Part shown: positions 38,085 through 45,266 of the stretch, in pieces
How positions within the stretch are numbered: the stretch's first letter is position 1
How the letters are laid out: each line of letters begins with the position of its first letter
NCBI GenBank assembly: GCA_049587715.1
Contig: JBAVEL010000186.1
Span: forward strand, 16,567-80,566
DNA length: 64,000 bases
Reading direction: 5' to 3'
From: Bacteroidota bacterium
GTDB lineage: Bacteria > Bacteroidota > Ignavibacteria > UBA10030 > UBA6906
Notes under the pieces: model-generated
What the model saw: the letters and a program-made list of their open reading frames with translations, nothing else
Database searches by the model: none
What the model was told of the DNA's origin: nothing
Position numbers and translations under genes: made by a program

Positions 38085-38275
38085 GGGTCTATGTCCGTTC
38101 ACGCGGGCATGGATTTCAGGGCTTCGAAGGTGGTCACACACCTGAGAAGCCCGCTTGTAAGCGGGCCTACTGTGGTATTTTGAGCTGCTTACTCATACAC
38201 CCATCCTTTCCCGAAGCGTTGCAGCGCTTCGATTGAGGTTTGACAGAGGCGCTCTTAGTGAGCGCCTTTTTATTT
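38085..38275 (+). ncRNA. Candidate small RNA (~190 nt) inside the mobile element, between the transposase 5-prime end and the 128-aa gene 3-prime end
   Basis: Bounded by the TTGACT-N17-TATATT promoter and an intrinsic terminator (aggcgctc ttagt gagcgcct + ttttattt). Two further hairpins lie inside (gcccgcttgtaagcgggc, cgaagcgttgcagcgcttcg). The only ORF is 30 codons without a convincing RBS. Confidence 0.3.
38247..38275 (+). terminator. Intrinsic terminator (8-bp GC stem + TTTTATTT) for the candidate sRNA
   Basis: AGGCGCTCttagtGAGCGCCTttttattt. Oriented for plus-strand transcription. Overlaps the stop codon of the convergent 128-aa gene. Confidence 0.5.
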
Positions 38276-38656
38276 GAGGTCATAGACCCCTCGGGCCGCC
38301 CGCTTAAGTCTTGCACTCTTCTTATCACATTCCTGGGACAGAATAGCACCAAGAGCCCTCGCCTTGTCCTTGTTATCGCCCAGACTGATCCCCTTTTCCT
38401 CCACCGCGAACTTCAAGACCTCTTCATTCGTCACATGTCTCCCCATCCTATGAATCAGCTCGATAGTCGCATCTACAACACGGCCTCGGATCGTGTTCGA
38501 GCCTGGGCGTGGCGGAGAGACTGAGACGGCCAACGCTCCTGTCTCGCCCCCAGACTCGCCCTTGCGTATCGCGATCAGTTGAAGAAGAAGCTCCCTTTCC
38601 CTTTCAATCTCTGTAAGTCGGGCCTCCAGGACTTCGGTCGAAAGTGTGGCACACAT
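38270..38656 (-). CDS. Hypothetical 128-aa protein (N-terminal coiled coil, possible C-terminal DNA-binding fold), cargo of the mobile element
   Basis: ATG at 38656 with AGGAG RBS. Its own TTGACA-N17-TATACT promoter lies upstream. Sequence is MCATLSTEVLEARLTEIERERELLLQLIAIRKG...TIRGRVVDATIELIHRMGRHVTNEEVLKFAVEEKGISLG... No family recognised. Confidence 0.6.
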   Translation of the reverse strand: MCATLSTEVLEARLTEIERERELLLQLIAIRKGESGGETGALAVSVSPPRPGSNTIRGRVVDATIELIHRMGRHVTNEEVLKFAVEEKGISLGDNKDKARALGAILSQECDKKSARLKRAARGVYDLK

Positions 38657-38683
38657 GTTTAGGTTCTCCTATTAGCCGGGTAT

Positions 38684-38712
38684 AGTATACAAAAAAACCC
38701 TTTACTTGTCAA
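38684..38712 (-). promoter_or_regulatory. Sigma70-like promoter TTGACA-N17-TATACT for the 128-aa gene (minus strand)
   Basis: Reverse complement reads cTTGACAagtaaagggtttttttgTATACTataccc, about 28 nt upstream of the ATG. Confidence 0.6.
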
Positions 38713-38748
38713 GCCCACCACGGTCCGCATTTTAGGCTTCCTATGGAC

Positions 38749-38776
38749 GCCGCAATGCATTATGCCGCAATCAATT
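38749..38776. promoter_or_regulatory. Two direct 13-mer repeats GCCGCAATnnATT between divergent promoters (candidate operator)
   Basis: acGCCGCAATgcATTatGCCGCAATcaATTgtgg lies between the 128-aa gene promoter and the panA-like promoter. Confidence 0.35.
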
Positions 38777-38784
38777 GTGGTTGC

Positions 38785-38813
38785 TTGCTTTTTGTGTTTC
38801 GCTGTTGTATATT
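38785..38813 (+). promoter_or_regulatory. Promoter TTGCTT-N17-TATATT for the Panacea-domain operon
   Basis: ttgcttgctttttgtgtttcgctgttgtatatt. The transcript would start ~25 nt before the strong AGGAGG RBS of the 38844 gene. Confidence 0.45.
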
Positions 38814-38843
38814 GGGTTGTAGAACATACCAGGAGGTCACAAC

Positions 38844-39314
38844 ATGTATCCCATGAAGGCCATCGCCAACTTCTTCATTGATAGGGCGATGAAGGAGGGG
38901 GCCGAAATGAGCCCTATGAAGATCCAAAAGCTGTTATATTTCGCTTACGGGATATACCACGTCAAAACGGGGGAACCTTTGTTTAGCGATAGGTTCGAAG
39001 TATGGAAATACGGTCCCGTTATCTCTGAGCTTTACCATTTGCTCAAGGGATACGGAAGCGATCAGATCGACAGGCTTTTGCCGGATTTTGACATGGCAAC
39101 TATGAGAGTTGTCACGCCGACGATCCCGAGGGAAGAAAAGGAATTACTCGTCTTTCTAACTGAGTTTTGGGAGGTCTACAGGGGGTATTCGCCTATTCGG
39201 CTCTCAAATGCAACCCATCTTCCTGGAACACCGTGGGATGAGGCGAATCGAGCAGGCGAGAAGGTCATCAGCGATCAACGCATGGATGCCTACTTCAGCG
39301 GCTTGGTGCAATGA
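38844..39314 (+). CDS. Panacea-domain (DUF4065) protein, PanA-like putative antitoxin
   Basis: AGGAGG RBS 7 nt upstream. MSPMKIQKLLYFAYGIYHVKTGEPLFSDRFEVWKYGPVISELYHLLKGYG matches the conserved Panacea core (SocA/PanA antitoxins). Stop overlaps the next start (ATGA). Confidence 0.8.
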   Translation: MYPMKAIANFFIDRAMKEGAEMSPMKIQKLLYFAYGIYHVKTGEPLFSDRFEVWKYGPVISELYHLLKGYGSDQIDRLLPDFDMATMRVVTPTIPREEKELLVFLTEFWEVYRGYSPIRLSNATHLPGTPWDEANRAGEKVISDQRMDAYFSGLVQ

Positions 39315-39661
39315 AACTCATGGGAGTCCCGAAGTTACCCCCAGGTCCAGAAGCGCCCACGCTCCAAACACAGCAGGAAATGGAGCTTTACCATTGTAAG
39401 GAGTCGGACCTTAGACTAAGGGGGATAGCACAGGACATTGAGGAAAGAAAGACCTACGCTCGAAAAACCTTCAGATTAGCAGGCTGGTGGCTCTTTGGGG
39501 TGTTTGTCTTGCTTATCCTGGGTGGGCTCAAAATGGAGCCTCTCATGTTCCAATTGCCCGAGAGCGTATTGTTGGCTGTGATCGGGGGAACAACTCTAAA
39601 CATACTGGGGGTCTTTGTGTTCGTAATGAAGTACCTCTTCGATGTGAAGAGGGAGGTATAG
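39311..39661 (+). CDS. Small (116 aa) protein with a soluble N-terminal region and two C-terminal TM helices; candidate cognate toxin of the Panacea antitoxin
   Basis: Translationally coupled to the Panacea gene. TM1 FRLAGWWLFGVFVLLILGGL, TM2 SVLLAVIGGTTLNILGVFVFVM. No family recognised. Confidence 0.55.
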   Translation: MKLMGVPKLPPGPEAPTLQTQQEMELYHCKESDLRLRGIAQDIEERKTYARKTFRLAGWWLFGVFVLLILGGLKMEPLMFQLPESVLLAVIGGTTLNILGVFVFVMKYLFDVKREV

Positions 39662-39696
39662 AAAAAACCCCGAAGCTGTTTGCAGCAACTTCGGGG
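39662..39696 (-). terminator. Perfect 8-bp GC hairpin (CCCCGAAG/CTTCGGGG) with the T-run on the minus strand, immediately after the 116-aa gene stop
   Basis: Plus strand aaaaaaCCCCGAAGctgtttgcagcaaCTTCGGGGtcgg. The U-tract exists only for minus-strand transcription. It may also serve as a 3-prime stabiliser of the plus-strand operon. Confidence 0.45.
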
Positions 39697-39766
39697 TCGG
39701 AAACCGTTCCGCCCGGCTAACTGATGGGGCAAGCTTCGAGGCGGAGGGCTCAAGGTATTGCTCTCC

Positions 39767-39795
39767 AATATACAAAACTCTGAGCCCGAAAGCAA
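39767..39795 (-). promoter_or_regulatory. Possible convergent promoter TTGCTT-N17-TATATT (minus strand), same architecture as the panA-like promoter
   Basis: Reverse complement reads gcTTGCTTtcgggctcagagttttgTATATTgg. It shares ttgtatattgg with the 38785-38813 promoter. It would drive a short transcript ending at the 39662-39696 terminator. Confidence 0.3.
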
Positions 39796-39984
39796 GCCCC
39801 CGCCACTCATCGAAAGGGCCTCTTCTATGGCCATTTCAGGGTCTCGGCAGGGCTATAGGCTCATTTTCGTTGCCTATATCACGCTGAGAAATAGGAAGCG
39901 GATCTACGCAAGAGATTATGGCTTGCGGGCGTTCGCGATTTGGGTGAGGGACGATTAGTCTCTGACCCATCTGAGGCAAAACAC

Positions 39985-40021
39985 GGGACCCCGCATTGCT
40001 GTTCGGGGTCCCGTTCTATTT
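39985..40021. terminator. Bidirectional hairpin terminator (GGGACCCCG/CGGGGTCCC) just inside IRR
   Basis: 9-bp perfect stem. gttctattt follows on the plus strand and gtgttttg follows on the minus strand. Confidence 0.45.
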
Positions 40022-40052
40022 AGGACAAAACCCCTCTAATTAGGACAGCACC
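40018..40052. repeat. Right terminal inverted repeat (IRR, 35 bp)
   Basis: atttaggacaaaacccctctaattaggacagcacc is the inverse complement of IRL at 30/35 positions. Confidence 0.75.
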
Positions 40053-40060
40053 CAATCGGC
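40053..40060. repeat. Target-site duplication copy 2 (CAATCGGC)
   Basis: 8-bp direct repeat abutting IRR. Confidence 0.65.
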
Positions 40061-40150
40061 CCTCTGTTTGATTTTCGTGGCACCAGGCGTTATCTTGAGC
40101 CGGGCGCACGCGGCGGGGGCGCGTATCGGGGACCATCAGACGAACGCTGC

Positions 40151-40531
40151 ATGGAGCAGGAACACAGGCCGGGAGTTCTCCTCTGCGAGGACCAGGAGCA
40201 GATCCTGGAGCTGATGGTCCTTGTCTTCGAGATGGAGGGCTTCGAAGTCCACCGGGCCAGGGACGGCGAGGAGGGTCTGGCTGTCCTGGGAGCGGCAATG
40301 GAACGGATTGACGCCCTGGTGACGGACCTGGGCCTTCCCCGCCTGGAGGGGCTGGAGTTGATCGCCCGGGCCCGCGCGATCAAGCCCTCCCTCAAGATCA
40401 TAGGATCCAGCGGCTACGGACGGGCGAACGTGCGGGAGGAGGTCCTGGCGGCGGGAGCAGACGATTTCATGGGGAAGCCGATTGCAGCGAAGGATCTCGT
40501 GGACAGGGTGAAGGGACTCCTGGGGCTGTGA
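40151..40531 (+). CDS. Single-domain response regulator (CheY-like receiver)
   Basis: REC-domain features: phospho-acceptor region [11 protein letters not shown] and lysine in FMGKP. Confidence 0.8.
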   Translation: MEQEHRPGVLLCEDQEQILELMVLVFEMEGFEVHRARDGEEGLAVLGAAMERIDALVTDLGLPRLEGLELIARARAIKPSLKIIGSSGYGRANVREEVLAAGADDFMGKPIAAKDLVDRVKGLLGL

Positions 40532-40941
40532 AGACCGCTACGGAGTACCTCTGGTTCGAAACTCCCGCCCGGAGAGACTACGTCAACATCACCGCCGAGG
40601 TGGAGCGCATCGTCGCCCGGAGCGGGGTGACGGAGGGGATGGCGCTCGTTTCCGCCATGCACATCACCTCCGCGGTGTACGTCAACGACGCGGAGGAGGG
40701 GCTCATCCGGGACATTGACGAGTGGCTGGAGAAGCTCGCTCCGTTCGGGAAGGACTACCGGCACCACCGGACCGGCGAGACAAACGGGGATGCGCACCTG
40801 AAGAGCCTCCTCCTGCACCACGAGGTGATTCTCCCCGTGACCGCCGGGAAACTGGACCTCGGGACCTGGCAGCAGGTCTACTACGCGGAATTCGACGGGA
40901 GGAGGAGAAAGCGTGTGGTGGTGAAGGTGATCGGACAATGA
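40528..40941 (+). CDS. YjbQ/UPF0047-family protein (secondary thiamine-phosphate synthase-like)
   Basis: GTG start overlapping the upstream stop. [45 protein letters not shown] matches the YjbQ family. Confidence 0.75.
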   Translation: MKTATEYLWFETPARRDYVNITAEVERIVARSGVTEGMALVSAMHITSAVYVNDAEEGLIRDIDEWLEKLAPFGKDYRHHRTGETNGDAHLKSLLLHHEVILPVTAGKLDLGTWQQVYYAEFDGRRRKRVVVKVIGQ

Positions 40942-42326
40942 GCGCGCGCAAACGACAGGCGGTCGCGTTGTTGCTGGCGCTGGCATGCGCCCCCTGGGCC
41001 CGCCCTGTTGCGGGGACCGGCCTCTCGCAGGGAGTCCCCCCCTCGGAGCCCCTTTCCCTCATGGTGGACGTTGCCAGGTTCCGGGGGGATGAAGAACGGG
41101 CCTGGGTGGAGATTTCCTACGCAGTCCCCGAGCGCACGCTGACATACGGCCGGGATGCGGCGGGCCTCACGGCCCGGCTGGAGATGGAGGCGGATGTGCT
41201 CGCAGGGGACTCGGCGGTGTTCACCCAGCGGTGGAACGTCCCGCACTCCGCCGCCGATTCGGCCCGGATCGCCGTCATGAACCTGGTGGGGGTGGTGCAG
41301 GTCCCCCTTGCACCCGGATCCTACATGCTCCGTCTCACGGCGCGCGATGCCCTTGCCCCCTCCCGCCTTGCCACGGTGACCCTTCCACTCTCCGTAGCGG
41401 CCCCGGCCCGCACACGGCCCGTTCTGAGCGACATCCAGCTTGCGGCCCGGATCACACGCAACGCCGGACAGGGGAGCCAGTTCTACAAGAACACGCTGGA
41501 GGTGCGGCCCAGCGTGGAAGGTGTCTTCGGGCCCGGGCACGACCTCTACTACTATGCGGAGGCGTACAACCTGGATGCGGAGGGGGGGCCGGGCGAATTC
41601 CGCCTCCGGGCTTCGGTGCGGGATGCGGTGGGGCGGGAGCTCATCGCCCGGGACCGGGTGCGCAGACGGCCCGGTGAGTCGGCGGTTCTGGTGGACAGCA
41701 TCGGCGTGGCCGCGCTCCCGACGGGGAGCTATGTGCTGACCCTGATGTTGTGGGGCGCAGAGCCGGCCGCAGCCGACAGCTCCCTCCGCCGCTTCTTTGT
41801 CTACAATCCCTCCCTGGGAGTGGATTCCACCCTGGTATTGCTCGATGCCCGGGTCCCTTCGGCGGAATATGCGCGCATGGAAGATTCGGAGCTGGATCGT
41901 GAGTTTGCGTGGCTCCGGTACGAGGCCTCCGGGGACGAGAAGAACAGGTTTGAGGAGCTGGAAGGCGCGGATGCCAAACGGCGCTATCTGGAGGATTTCT
42001 GGAGCCGGCGCCCCCCCGGGAAACGCCTCGTATGCCTGGAGCGGGTCCGCTACGCCAACACCCACTACGGGTTTCTGGGGAGGCACGGGTACCGGTCCGA
42101 TCGGGGCCGGGTACACGTGGTGTACGGGCCGCCGGACGACATCGAACGCCATCCAAACGAAGCCGAAAGCAGACCCTATGAGATCTGGACGTATCACGCG
42201 ATACAGACCGGCGTCATCTTCGTTTTCGTCCTCCGTCAGGAGGGGGGGGACTATGAACTGGTGCATTCCACCCACCGGAACGAGTTGCAGGATGCGAACT
42301 GGCAGAGGTTTGCCGTTACCCGGTAG
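40938..42326 (+). CDS. GWxTD-domain secreted protein
   Basis: Track ORF 40722 trimmed to [23 protein letters not shown] (signal). C-terminal [40 protein letters not shown] is the GWxTD-type domain. Confidence 0.65.
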   Translation: MSARKRQAVALLLALACAPWARPVAGTGLSQGVPPSEPLSLMVDVARFRGDEERAWVEISYAVPERTLTYGRDAAGLTARLEMEADVLAGDSAVFTQRWNVPHSAADSARIAVMNLVGVVQVPLAPGSYMLRLTARDALAPSRLATVTLPLSVAAPARTRPVLSDIQLAARITRNAGQGSQFYKNTLEVRPSVEGVFGPGHDLYYYAEAYNLDAEGGPGEFRLRASVRDAVGRELIARDRVRRRPGESAVLVDSIGVAALPTGSYVLTLMLWGAEPAAADSSLRRFFVYNPSLGVDSTLVLLDARVPSAEYARMEDSELDREFAWLRYEASGDEKNRFEELEGADAKRRYLEDFWSRRPPGKRLVCLERVRYANTHYGFLGRHGYRSDRGRVHVVYGPPDDIERHPNEAESRPYEIWTYHAIQTGVIFVFVLRQEGGDYELVHSTHRNELQDANWQRFAVTR

Positions 42327-42413
42327 GGCCGGGGCCCCCGCGCCCGCCCCGATGCGGAGGCCCCGGGCGGCTGCGCCCGGGGCTTTTGTCTGTCCGAGAG
42401 TGTTCCTCGCCTC

Positions 42414-43310
42414 ATGATGGAGATGCTGGAGTACGGCGGATTTGCGGTTCTCCGCTGGTGCGCCGGGCGGCTTTCCTTCCGGGGTGCGGGGCGCCTGGGG
42501 AAGGCGCTGGGGAGCGCCGTCTTTCTCCTGACTCCCTTCCGGAAGCGCGTGACCCTGGAGAACCTGCGGCGGGCCTTTCCGGAGCGCACGGGGAAAGAGC
42601 TGCGCGATCTGGCCCTGGAGGCGTACGAGAACTTCGGGATCACATTCCTCGAGATGCTCTGGTCCGGCAGGCAGCCTGCCGGGGAGCTCATGCGGGTGGT
42701 GGAACTGCGCAACTCCCGGGCGGTCGAGGCCCGCCTCCGGGAGGGGGGAGGAATCATCATTCTCTCGGGGCACTTCGGGAACTGGGAGTTCATCCTTCAG
42801 GGAGTCCGGCTTCGCCTGGGGGTTCCCGTTGCGACGATCGTGCAGCGCCAGCGGAACGGCCGGGTGGATGCCGCCTTGGACGCGATCCGCACGAGGTTCG
42901 GAAACCGGACCATCTCGATGGGCGTGGCCTCGCGCGAAGCCGTGCGCATCCTGAAGGGAGGGGGAGTGCTCTGCGTTCTGGGGGACCAGAGCGGGCCGAG
43001 GGAATCGGTGTTTGTGGACTTCTTCGGCCGCCCTGCGGCCACACACCGCGGTGTGGCGGCCTTTGCCCTGAGGATCGGCGTCCCGCTGGTGATGGTGTAC
43101 GTGGAGCGGCACGAAGACGGCACGTATGAGGCCCTCTTCGAGGAGGTCCCTCTCCCCGCAGGAACCGGGGAGGACGCCGTGACGGAGCTGACCCGGACGC
43201 ACGCGGCCATGCTGGAGCGGCGGATCCGGATGCACCCCGGGCAGTGGCTCTGGATGCACAAACGATGGAAGCACCGGGAACCGTTGCCCCAGCGGGGGGA
43301 TGAGGCATGA
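42414..43310 (+). CDS. Lipid A biosynthesis late acyltransferase (LpxL/HtrB family, LPLAT)
   Basis: HFGNWE acyltransferase motif. Lauroyl/myristoyl-acyltransferase family-like length and layout. Confidence 0.75.
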   Translation: MMEMLEYGGFAVLRWCAGRLSFRGAGRLGKALGSAVFLLTPFRKRVTLENLRRAFPERTGKELRDLALEAYENFGITFLEMLWSGRQPAGELMRVVELRNSRAVEARLREGGGIIILSGHFGNWEFILQGVRLRLGVPVATIVQRQRNGRVDAALDAIRTRFGNRTISMGVASREAVRILKGGGVLCVLGDQSGPRESVFVDFFGRPAATHRGVAAFALRIGVPLVMVYVERHEDGTYEALFEEVPLPAGTGEDAVTELTRTHAAMLERRIRMHPGQWLWMHKRWKHREPLPQRGDEA

Positions 43311-44356
43311 GCCCGGACGGGAAGACCCGCTTTCTGGTCGTTCAGACGGGGTTTCTGGGGGATCTGGTGCTCACCCTCCCCTGTGTGCAGTTGCTCCGGG
43401 ATCGTATGGAGGGGGCCCTCATCACGGTGGCCGCGATTCCCCCAACGGCCCCGGCTCTGGAGAACCATCCGGCCGTGGCCGGCGTCCTGGTCTATGACAA
43501 GAAGGGGTCCGATGCGGGGTGGGCGGGGTTTCGACGGGTGAAGGGCGCGGTGCGGAGCGGAGGGTTCGATGCGGCCGTCATTCCCCACCGATCGATCCGG
43601 AGTGCGGCCCTCTGCCGGTTGGGAGGCATACGGCGGAGGATCGGCTTCGACAGGAGCGCAGGGCGGTTTCTCCTTACCGATGTGGTCCCCTACCGGAGGG
43701 ACCTGCATGAGAGTGCGCGGAACATCCGCCTGCTCCATCCCCTGGGGATCCGGGAGGAGGGAATCGTCCTCCCCGCGCTCTATCCGGACGAAGAGGACCG
43801 GAAGGCGGTGGACGCGCTCCTTCGGGCGGGAGGCGTTGGGCCGGGCGCGGCTCTCGCTGCCGTGGCCCCCGGCTCCGTGTGGGCCACCAAGCGCTGGCCC
43901 GAGGACCGCTATGTCACCCTCGTGCGGGGACTGCGCCAAGCCGGCATGGGTGTGGTATTGGTGGGGGGCCCCGGAGATGCGGCCCTCGCCGGGAGAATCA
44001 GGGAGGCGGCAGGGGCGGAGGGTGTTCTGAATGCGGCGGGGCCCATGAGCATCCTCCAGTCGGCGGAGCTCATCGGACGCTGCCGGGTCTGCATCACCAA
44101 TGACAGCGCCCCGCTTCACCTTGCCGCGGCCATGCGGACGCCTGCCGTGGCGATTTTCGGTCCCACGGTTCCGGCCTTCGGGTTCGGGCCTGTGGGGGAG
44201 AGGGATGCCGTGGTGGAGCTGGCGGGGCTGGGGTGCCGCCCGTGCGCAATACACGGGGGGAGGGAGTGTCCGATCGGCACCTTCGAGTGCATGAAGGGCA
44301 TTCCGCCCGGGCCCGTGCTGGTCGAGGCCCTGCGTTCGGCCGGATGTCCGGGTTGA
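43307..44356 (+). CDS. Glycosyltransferase family 9 (LPS heptosyltransferase-like)
   Basis: FLVVQTGFLGDLVLTLP N-terminus and C-terminal ITNDSAPLHLAAAMRTPAVAIFGPT are GT9 hallmarks. Confidence 0.8.
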   Translation: MSPDGKTRFLVVQTGFLGDLVLTLPCVQLLRDRMEGALITVAAIPPTAPALENHPAVAGVLVYDKKGSDAGWAGFRRVKGAVRSGGFDAAVIPHRSIRSAALCRLGGIRRRIGFDRSAGRFLLTDVVPYRRDLHESARNIRLLHPLGIREEGIVLPALYPDEEDRKAVDALLRAGGVGPGAALAAVAPGSVWATKRWPEDRYVTLVRGLRQAGMGVVLVGGPGDAALAGRIREAAGAEGVLNAAGPMSILQSAELIGRCRVCITNDSAPLHLAAAMRTPAVAIFGPTVPAFGFGPVGERDAVVELAGLGCRPCAIHGGRECPIGTFECMKGIPPGPVLVEALRSAGCPG

Positions 44357-44413
44357 TAGGCAGCTTTTTTTTGGGTATCATAAATATCAGGCCGGCCCCG
44401 AGGGGGGCGGCGC

Positions 44414-44487
<74 letters not shown>

Positions 44488-44531
44488 CACATCGCCTTAT
44501 CCACAGAGGACACATCCAGGGAACCGGGAGC

Positions 44532-45221
44532 ATGCTGCGACCCAAGCACAAGATCAGCAGGCGCGAGATGAAGGAGGATGCGCTTGTCACCACCTACGCG
44601 CAGGTGACGTCGTTCTACGAGCGTCACCGGAGGACCATCCAGTACGGCGTGCTGGCGGCGGCCGGCCTCATCATTCTTGCCGTCGTCCTGGCCAACAACA
44701 GGAGTTCGGGGAATGAAAAGGCCATGACCGCCCTGGGGAAGGTGTATCCTCTCTATGATGCGGGCCAGTTCCAGCAGGCGGTGGACGGGGTGCCGGAACG
44801 CAACATCCAGGGCCTGGCATCCATCGTGGACAACTACGGGAGCACTCCGTCGGGCGAGCTGGCGCGATTCTACCTGGCCGGCTGCTACTTCCAGCTCGGC
44901 CGTTACGACGAGGCGCTGGAACACTTCGAGGACTGCAGCCCCGAAGGGGACTTTCTCGAGGCCTCCCGTCTGGCGGGAATGGGCGCCTGCCGGGAGGCGC
45001 GGGGGGAGCACGCCGAGGCGGCATCCCTCTTCGAAAAGGCGTCCGGGCTGGACCGCAAGGCGGCCGCCGCTCCCGAGAACCTCTTCCACGCAGCACGGAA
45101 CCTGGGCCTGGCGGGGGAGAAGGAGCGGGCCATCGAGCTGTACACCCGCCTGAAGAAAGAGTACCCCGCGAGCGTGTATGCCCGGGAGGTGGACCGCGCC
45201 ATTGCAGGGCTCTCCGTGTAG
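44532..45221 (+). CDS. Membrane-anchored TPR-repeat protein (YfgM-like)
   Basis: N-terminal TM helix [23 protein letters not shown]-like repeats follow. Confidence 0.55.
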   Translation: MLRPKHKISRREMKEDALVTTYAQVTSFYERHRRTIQYGVLAAAGLIILAVVLANNRSSGNEKAMTALGKVYPLYDAGQFQQAVDGVPERNIQGLASIVDNYGSTPSGELARFYLAGCYFQLGRYDEALEHFEDCSPEGDFLEASRLAGMGACREARGEHAEAASLFEKASGLDRKAAAAPENLFHAARNLGLAGEKERAIELYTRLKKEYPASVYAREVDRAIAGLSV

Positions 45222-45266
45222 GCCCGGCCCGCGCCGCGTTCCCCGGGGAACGGCGGCACCCCCCCT

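Larger units (their letters stand above)
37045..40052. mobile_element. 3.0-kb IS1-family-like transposon-like element with passenger genes (terminal IRs, 8-bp TSD, lower GC than flanks)
   Basis: Left end ggtactgtcctaattagggggaggttgtcctaaat (37045-37079). Reverse complement of right end (40018-40052) is ggtgctgtcctaattagaggggttttgtcctaaat, identical at 30/35 positions. Direct repeat caatcggc sits immediately outside both ends. The interior is visibly AT-richer than the flanking ~2/3-GC DNA. Confidence 0.75.

Noticed and set aside
38091-38183. 30-codon ORF (MSVHAGMDFRASKVVTHLRSPLVSGPTVVF) inside the candidate sRNA
   Set aside because: No convincing RBS, and the interval is dominated by hairpins. 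Treated as non-coding, though a micro-protein is not excluded.
39454-39834. 126-aa minus-strand ORF overlapping the candidate toxin gene and its terminator
   Set aside because: It would be transcribed through a perfect intrinsic terminator on its own strand. The translation is Ser/Pro/Thr-rich without features.
37045-40052. Possibility that the low-GC island is a prophage remnant or integrative element targeting a tRNA
   Set aside because: No integrase, no phage structural or replication genes. The nearest tRNA (Arg) is 4.3 kb away and not at an element boundary. IR+TSD architecture plus a DDE-type transposase fits a transposon.
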